Shown here piece after piece: positions 54,011-64,000 of a stretch of 64,000 nucleotides of DNA; positions within the stretch are counted from its first letter, which is position 1, and each line of letters begins with the position of its first letter. The DNA comes from Guillardia theta CCMP2712 (Eukaryota > Protista > Cryptophyta). The notes under the pieces are model-generated. The model searched no databases, was not told the origin of the DNA, and was given only the letters and a program-made list of their open reading frames with translations. A program made the position numbers and the translations under genes. The stretch covers positions 351,357 to 415,356 of the forward strand of contig NW_005434619.1 of NCBI RefSeq assembly GCF_000315625.1, written 5' to 3'.

Positions 54011-56161
54011 ATGGGCTGTTCTGCGAGTGTTCATGCTGAAGAACCAGGCAATGCTCTGATCGAACAATGTTCACTCGCTCTGAGAGGTCTCCAAACCCCT
54101 TCAAACGAGAGCTTCGTTACGGTTAGAAACCTTATTAACGCGGGTGAGAACAATGCTGCTTGGTTCGTCTCAAATGGCGCAATGATAGAATTGACGCACA
54201 TCCTGTTCAATCAACAGCTTCACACGTTGCATGCTGCAGCGGCTGAACTGCTCGCAGTGATGGTCCGATGGGCGGTCATCCTCATTCGAACAGAGAGCAA
54301 GAAGAACGTGCACTCAGCCACGAACGCGCTGGTGCAGCTGATAGAGGCCATGTACAGCCAGCCCAGGTCGAAGCCGCTCAAGAAGAGGATGCCGCAGACA
54401 ATGACTGACGATGACATCGAGCTGATCATAGAGTCGAAGCTTCCTTTCCGAATCATCGAGTGCAACAGCCGGTTTCTGGATGAGTTCGAGGCTTCAAAGG
54501 ACGTTCTGATTGGTCGTGCTCTTGGTATCATCTTTGGGCCAAGGACTGATGGGAAGAAGACCCAGCAGTTCATTGAGAATGTAGTGCTAGGAAAGCAGGT
54601 AGAAGCCTTCTTCAACACCTTCTACAACCTGCAGGGTAAGGAGGTTCTGGTCGACCTGGCCATTGCCAAGCGTAACGAAGAGTCTTGTTGCATTCGGATG
54701 CATGTGTCGAAAGCGATCTTCGAGGATCAGATCGATACCGTCATGGATGCTACTACCTCGGAAGAGGCGACCCTCGTCATTCACGCCGCCAACCAGGTGG
54801 TAGAGAAGATCAGCGAGCAATTCACCAAGGTGTATGGAGTCACTTCAAAACAGATTGTTGGAAGGGGTCTGAGAATTATCTACGGCCCCACCACGGACAT
54901 CAAGGCATGGGATGATATACTTACAAATGCGAGACAAGGTTTCGAGAAAGAGTCGCCCATAACTACGTACGATCTCATCAACGCTGCACAGATTGACACA
55001 GTCGTCAAAGCAATGCCTGTCATATCCACCAAAGGCCTTATTGACAAGATCATGCTCAAACTAGTCTTCAACACGACTGCTCAAGAGACTTATTGCAATG
55101 GCAACTGTCAAAATCAATTTGCTCTCATTTCGCAAACCGTCATTCAAGCGCTCGCTCAAGTCCTGGAGCGTGAGCTTGACGATAAAAGCTTACGAACAAA
55201 CACCTTGGAGGCCTTTCATGTTCTCAGCATGCATGAATCAGGTCTAGACAAGATAGCGCAGTGCCCTGAAGTTTTATCTGTCCTCACAAAGGTACGCATG
55301 ATCGATGCTTTGCTTGCAGCTCGATGATTGAAATTTGCATTTGCCAACGCAGATGTCGAAGCAAAAGAAGGGCTTTTTCTCCAAGAAGGACGAGAGCGCT
55401 CTCAAGGTAGTGGAGAACCTGGCAGCATACAGCCCCATCTCCTTGAAGGAGGAGGAGATCGACGGCATTATCGACATCGCATGTCAGCGCGACAACTTCG
55501 GCAACCAGAAGCACCTCATGGCGCTGCGAGCTCTGCTGTCGCTCACGTGGAACGAGGGATGCATCAGAACCCTGCTTCAATCCCCTCAGGACGTCCTCGG
55601 GACCCTGGACCTGATCAACCAGCAGATGGTGTACGACGAGAAGCCCGAGCACCAGCTGGCAGCGAGTCAGGCGGCGCTCAACATCCGCATGTCGAGGATC
55701 GGGCAGACGGAGAAGAGCTCTCATCGGAGAGCCTCGACCAACCTCATGAGCATCATCGATGACAACCACAAGTGGGGCGGGAACGACCCTGTCCTCTTGG
55801 CCGAGGTGAGACCATGACAGCGACGAGTTCGCTTGCCCTGTCGTGCTGATGCTGCCTACAGGCCTTCCGGGAGCTCAACAACTCCTCTAGATCCTCGGGT
55901 CATCGCGCGACTAGTCCTGTCGCTGTCAGGCCACGACGAATGTCCGAGAGCCAGCAAAGGAAGTCTCCAGAGCCGCGTCAGCGTCGCATGTCGCTAGAGG
56001 GAGGGGAGATGAAGAAAGATCTGCCTCACAGTCGTCGAACCCGCCTCATGTCCGACAGTGACATCGCTGCTACTACTCCTGCCAACATCGGGACTGCCAA
56101 CAATGTTGGCTGGGAGTCGGGGATGCGCCGGACGCTGCTATCTCCCGTCCCTTCGGCATGA
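54011..56161 (+). CDS. N-acylated protein with ARM-like repeats and two PAS (LOV-like, Cys-lacking) domains
   Basis: Starts MGCSAS. PAS-like repeats PFRIIECNSRF..LIGRALGIIFGPRTD and ISEQFTKVYG..IVGRGLRIIYGPTTD. Introns at ~55292-55352 and ~55806-55861. Confidence 0.7.
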
Positions 56162-57110
56162 TAGCCACATCATCGTGGCATGTACATTGAATGATTCGAT
56201 TCAATATGAAGTAATGATGTGTACAATAATAAAACTTGAATTTGATCTTCAATCAAAGACAGGAGCGCGAGTTAGTTCAACTTGTAAGCCTAACTCGCCG
56301 AAACCTCTCACTCTCACTGAGTCAACACAAGTCACTTCCGTCAGAACCCCCGGCTGAGTGGCGGGGGCCCTCGGACCGCCTGAGGCTGTGGCCCGTCCGA
56401 GGGAGCCTGGGGCTGGCCCGCGGACTCACTGGCACGCAAGATAAGCAGAAGTGCTAATGAATCTTGCTGCCCCCACTGACTTCAGTTCTGAGGCAGACTT
56501 TTCAGTCCTTCCGCACTTTCCCAAAAAGGAAGGCAAAACGCGCCTTGCCACCCCCACCCCCACCCCTCGGATATGTACCCCCTTCATCTAGTTGTAGTAC
56601 CCCCTATTATCCCTTCTGGTCCGTAACCCCTGGTGGTCTTTCCTGCCCTTCCTTGTCGCCCAGGCGCCGCCGCCAAACATGCTCCCTCCATGCTCTCTGC
56701 AGTGAAGGCCCTGCTCCTGCTTAGCCCTTCTCCTCCTCTTCTTCTGTAGATCTTCTGTCTCCCTCCTTCCTTCGCTCCTCTCTGCCTTCTCCACTGCACT
56801 TCCTCCCCTTGTTTGACTCTTCCTCCGGCTCGCCCTCCTTTGGTCTTGCCTTTATCCGCACGCTCACGTTTTTCTTCATCCCTCCATTTTCTTTTGAGTT
56901 TCAGCTATAAGACTAGCCTTCGTCAGTCGCTTGCTGCTCCTTCCATCTCGTCGTACTGCCTTCTCATCTTATCGTTGCCCTCACCTTGTCTCGTCCTCAG
57001 TTAGATCAAGGAGCGATCGTGTTTCTCCGGGGAAATGCGCACAGGCTGATGCTCTTGTCTCTTTCAGGTCACAACAACTTTGAAACCCCTTGTGACAGCG
57101 CAAAGATAAC

Positions 57111-60095
57111 ATGGCCAGTGCGTCGATGTTGCCTCCCAACGTCAGGGACCCAGTCAAGGTCATAAAGGGAGGAGGGGTAGTGCCTGCCGTGACATGGCAG
57201 CAGATGGAAGAGGAGAAAGAATTCGTCTCAAGCTCGTTCACCTCATTCCTCAACGGGTAAGGGAGGCTGGAGCGCCATAGAGGAAGGGACGGTTGACTTG
57301 AGGGCGCCAGGTATGTTGAAGCAGTAGAAGAGCCGACGACGAGCAGCGGATTCCAGACGAAGGAGTACGAAGAGATCGCCAAGGCTGTTGTTGCTAAGGA
57401 CAGGACAACCGTCGAGGTACAGAAAGATGTGACGAGAGGGTGATGGTGGTGGTGATGGTGATGGTGATGGTGATGATGGTGATGGTGATTCTGATTGTGA
57501 TGGTGGTGGTTGTGATGATGATCAACGTAACGAGAAGGTTTCTGACAAGTTTGCAGGTTGACTTCATGCACGTTAGCAATTTTGATCCAGAACTTGCGGA
57601 CAGAATCCGTTTGGAGTGAGAAACTTGAGGCAGTTGTGGTGGGACTGGCTGACTTGATTCGTCAGGTACTTTCAGCATGAAAAGACCCTCCGATCTTCTC
57701 TCAACACGTTCGTCAAGCGCGTCGTCGCCAACCCGGACACAGCAGCGCAGGAGGTGAGCGACGACTGCGTGAACTCATATTGAGCTGACATCTCCATTTC
57801 CTCCTCTCCTTTCCTCTCCCCTCTTCTCTTCTCTTCTCTTCGCTTCTCTTCTCTTCTCTTTGCTTCCCTCTTCATCTCTCCCTCTGCTCCTCTTTCTTTT
57901 TCCATCTTCTGCTCTGCCCTGCCTCCTTACCCAGTACAACCTCTCCTTCTACAACATCCCCGAGCAAGTGAAGCTAAGGGACCTGCGCACCGACCGTATC
58001 GGCTGCCTCTCCCGTATCACCGGCACTGTCACGAGGACGTCGGAAGTGCGTCCGGAACTTATGTCCGCCCACTTCCAGTGCCTCGAGTGCTACACTGAGC
58101 AGGACCCGACGGAGCAGCAGTTCAAGTACACGGAGCCGACGATCTGCAAGAACCCGACCTGCGCCAACAGGAAGCGCTGGTACCTCAACATTGACAAGTC
58201 AAAGTTCGCCGACTTCCAGAGGATCAGGATCCAGGAGAACAGCAACGAGATTCCTGCTGGCTCGATGCCGAGGAGCATGGACGTCATCGTGAGGAACGAG
58301 ATGGTGGATCGAGCGAAGCCCGGCGACCGCTGCTCCTTCACCGGCTGCCTCATCGTCGTCCCCGACGTGGCTCAGCTCAGGGCAGCAGGAGAGCGAGCGG
58401 AGGCTGTGAGGGAGACTGGGAACCGTTCCAACACGGCGTCGGAGGGCGTGACTGGCCTCAAGTCCCTGGGCGTGCGGGAGCTGACGTACAAGCTGTGCTT
58501 CCTGGCTTGCGCTGTGCACCTTGCGGAGAAGGACGGCTGGTCGCACTTCAGAGAGGAGGGGGAGGAAGCGGTGGAGGAGCTCGACGAGGAGACGCGAAAG
58601 AAGATCGCCATGATGAACAAGTCACCCCAGCTGTACCAGAGGATGGTCAGCAGCCTCTGCCCGACTGTCTTTGGGCACGACGAGGTGAAGAAGGGGATCC
58701 TGCTGATGCTGCTGGGGGGTGTCCACAAGACTACCAAGACGCAGACCAACCTCAGAGGTGACGTCAACGTCTGTATCGTCGGCGACCCCTCGACCGCTAA
58801 GTCGCAGTTCCTCAAGTTCGTCGCCGACTTCATGCCCCGCGCTGTCTACACGTCCGGCAAGGCTTCGTCTGCCGCCGGCCTCACCGCCTCCGTGGCCCGG
58901 GACTCGGAGACTGGGGAGTTCGGGATCGAGGCCGGGGCCCTGATGCTTGCGGACAACGGCATCTGCTGCATCGATGAGTTTGACAAGATGGACATCAAGG
59001 ACCAGGTGGCGATCCACGAGGCGATGGAGCAGCAGACGATCTCGATCGCCAAGGCCGGCATCCAGGCCACCCTCAACGCCAGGACCTCAATCCTCGCGGC
59101 TGCCAACCCGCGAGACGGGAGGTACGACAGGAGCAAGTCGCTCAAGGGCAACGTTGACATCTCTCCGCCCATCATGTCGCGCTTTGATCTCTTCTTCGTG
59201 ATCCTCGACGAGTGCGACGAGATCGCCGACTACAACATCGCCCGTCACATCATCCAAGTCCACCAGAAGGGCGCCAGGGAGGAGGAAGAGGGAGACAGCG
59301 GCGCTGAGTTCAGCAAGGAGGAGATGCAGCGGTACATCCGGTATGCGCGGAACCTCAAGCCCAAGATGACGGAGGAGGCGAAGAGGAAGCTGGTGGAGCA
59401 CTACCGAGAGCTGCGAGAGAACGACTGCCAGGGAGCGCAGAGGGCAGCGTACAGGATCACGGTAAGGCAGCTGGAGTCGATGATCCGACTTTCCGAGGCT
59501 CTGGCGAAGCTTCACTGTGACGAGGAGGTGAGCGGGAAGTACGTGGATGAAGCGAAGCGACTGCTCAAGATGTCAATCATCCACGTCGACAGCGGCGATG
59601 TCAACCTGGTCGACTTCGATGCCCCTCAGGAGGAGGAGACGGAGGAGACGGAGGACAGAGAGGAGGATGGAGATGATGGAGATGATGGCGGCAATGATGA
59701 AGACGGCGACGAGCAGGGTGGGGCTGGCGGGAGGTCCAAGGACAGCAAGGCTCGTTCTCCCTCCAAGTCGCCCAAGAAGCGCAAGGAGGAGGAAGCAGCG
59801 GAAGAGGAGGGCAAGAAGGCAGCGGATACAGCGACAGCGGCGAAGAAGCCCAAGCTTGAGATCTCGCAGACAGAATACGATCAGATCGCACTGCTCCTGG
59901 TACTGAGGAGGAAGGGGGAGGAGGGGGGGGGGGGGGGGGGGGAGGGGGAGGAGGGAGGAGGGAGGAGGGTAGGTTACGGTTCGGTACCGTCGNNNNNNNN
60001 NNNNNNNNNNNNNNNNNNNNNNNNNNNNNNNNNNNNNNNNNNNNNNNNNNNNNNNNNNNNNNNNNNNNNNNNNNNNNNNNNNNNNNNNNNNNCAA

Positions 60096-60127
<32 letters not shown>

Positions 60128-60503
60128 GTTTTGGGACCTTCGCAGCTGACATTTCTATTCAGATGGGACAGTTGAGACTAAGAGAAGAGCGAGAAGAAGA
60201 GGAATGGACCCAAAGCGAGCTGATCAACTGGTACGAAGGAGGAGGAGGAGGGGCAGGAGAGAGGAGATGGAGGGAGGAGGGAGGAGGGAGGAGGGTGGAG
60301 GGTGGAGAGGAGAGGGCAGGAGAGGAGGAGGGTTCAGGTATTGAGCATCACGGCAGGTATCTGGATCAGAGGGATGACATCGACAGCGAGGAAGGCCTCG
60401 CCCTCGCCAGCAGGATCGTCAGCAGCATCATCCAGAGACTCATCGTGACTGAGCACTGGATCGTTATCCTTAACGAGGACGAGGTAGGATGAAGTTGCTT
60501 GTT

Positions 60504-60543
<40 letters not shown>

Positions 60544-60671
60544 TCTCCCGCTCCTGCTCCTGCTCCTATCTTACGGGTCCTCAGGTTCGCGACATGGCTG
60601 GCTCCGCTGCTGACAGGAGAAACGCAAGAAAGCTGGCAGTGCATCCGAACTGGATCCCTCCCAACGCTTAA
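57111..60671 (+). CDS. MCM6: DNA replication licensing factor MCM6 (spans a gap)
   Basis: GTVTRTSEVRPEL, Zn finger, QENSNEIPAGSMPRS, GVTGLKSLGVRELTYKL, Walker A GDPSTAKSQ, YTSGKASSAAGLTA, IDEFDKM, SRFD, YRITVRQLESMIRLSEA and a C-terminal winged helix ending VHPNW. Confidence 0.97.
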
Positions 60672-60892
60672 GACAGTTAGGGGGAGAGGAGAAGGAGGAG
60701 GAGGAGGAGGAGGAGGAGGAGGAGTTGTGTGTAATATTTTATCTCGAGATTACAAACTGAAGACAAAAGGAACAGTTGAGGAATGAAAGTGAGAAAATCT
60801 CTTTTCCCCTCCCCCTCCTCCTTTCTCTCTGCCCCTCCCTCTCTTTTTCCATCAGCACCGCGCGTCTCAAGACGTCTCCCCTCCCCCTCCTC

Positions 60893-63241
<2,349 letters not shown>

Positions 63242-64000
63242 CGAGCAGAAAGATTGGACTAGAATCCAGCACCCTGCATCTCGTTTAGTTCCCGATCATG
63301 CGTTCCCCCCCAACCACCATTATCACCCTCCTCACTTCTTGTGTCTGTTTGTGCTCTTTTCTTGCTCCCTGCTTTCCATTCCCAGTCCCACTCTCGTTGA
63401 GCCCCCCCCCCGTCCTCGCCCGCTCTCACATCTGCTGCTCTTCATTCTTCACACATTTTGGCATCATCTTTCTCTTCTTTCATCTCTGTTCCTCTGCTCT
63501 GCTCTGCTCTGCTCTCCTTCCCTTCTCCTTTCTAGATTTCAGGTTTCTTTCTGACTCTGTCTCTCTGTCTCTGCCTCTGCCTCTGCCTCTGCCTCTGCCT
63601 CTGCCTCTGACTCTGACTCTGTCTCTGTCTCTGTCTCCCTCTTCCTCTTCCCCTTCCTCTTCCTCTTCCTCTTCCTCTTCCTCTTCCTCTCTTCCTCTTC
63701 CTCTTCCTCTTCCTCTTCCTCTTCCTCTTCCTCTTCCTCTTCCTCTTCCTCTTCCTCTTCCTCTTCCTCCTCCTACCCCTCACCTGTCATTCGCAGTGCA
63801 AATCCCATGATCATTCACACCCGTCGCTAAATCATCACCCTCATCACCCAATAGGCAATAATCATCCCCCTCATTACCAAGCAAGTCATCCCCCTCATTC
63901 TGACCCTCATTACAAAGCACTGAAATCATCCCCCTCATTCTGACCCTCATTACGTGCCCAGTTCAGTGCCCAGTTGCTGATCGCTAGCAGTCCGTCTTTG

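Noticed and set aside
63860-63955. Short 28-bp direct repeat TCATCCCCCTCATTCTGACCCTCATTAC
   Set aside because: Two copies plus fragments at the window edge, consistent with a local duplication and with no further support.

Overview
Gene-dense eukaryotic nuclear DNA with many short (~40-60 nt) spliceosomal introns and microsatellite-filled introns [(CCT)n, (GAG)n, (CTG)n]. It has five N gaps (11881-12411, 45092-45191, 52800-52899, 59993-60092, 61938-62037). Composition, a plastid-type bipartite presequence and an RWP-RK-like gene suggest an alga with a secondary plastid, most plausibly a cryptophyte such as Guillardia theta (inference). About 20 genes are recognisable: a KH-domain protein 3' end, GT23/FUT8-like fucosyltransferase, DUF2828/vWA protein, a long coiled-coil protein, BLM/Sgs1-type RecQ helicase, B9D2, RWP-RK-like factor, lycopene beta-cyclase, RINGv+DUF179 protein, ankyrin protein, a giant NACHT-like mosaic protein, PDZ protein, WRN-like 3'-5' exonuclease, METTL21-like methyltransferase, an acylated ARM/PAS protein, MCM6, an alpha/beta hydrolase and several hypotheticals. 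The most striking unexplained signal is non-coding. A conserved 33-bp AT-rich, partly dyad-symmetric element (TTTACTCAAAGTTAAGTTAAAAATCAGTACGAG) occurs 7 times at 3 intergenic loci, in direct and nested inverted arrangements. It is always next to GC-rich, palindrome-dense patches, which also mark other intergenic regions. Other notable items are a RecQ with an in-frame C-terminal RPA70N-like OB fold and an orphan protein-kinase exon inside the hydrolase gene. Exon boundaries were read by eye, and the ends of multi-exon genes are approximate.
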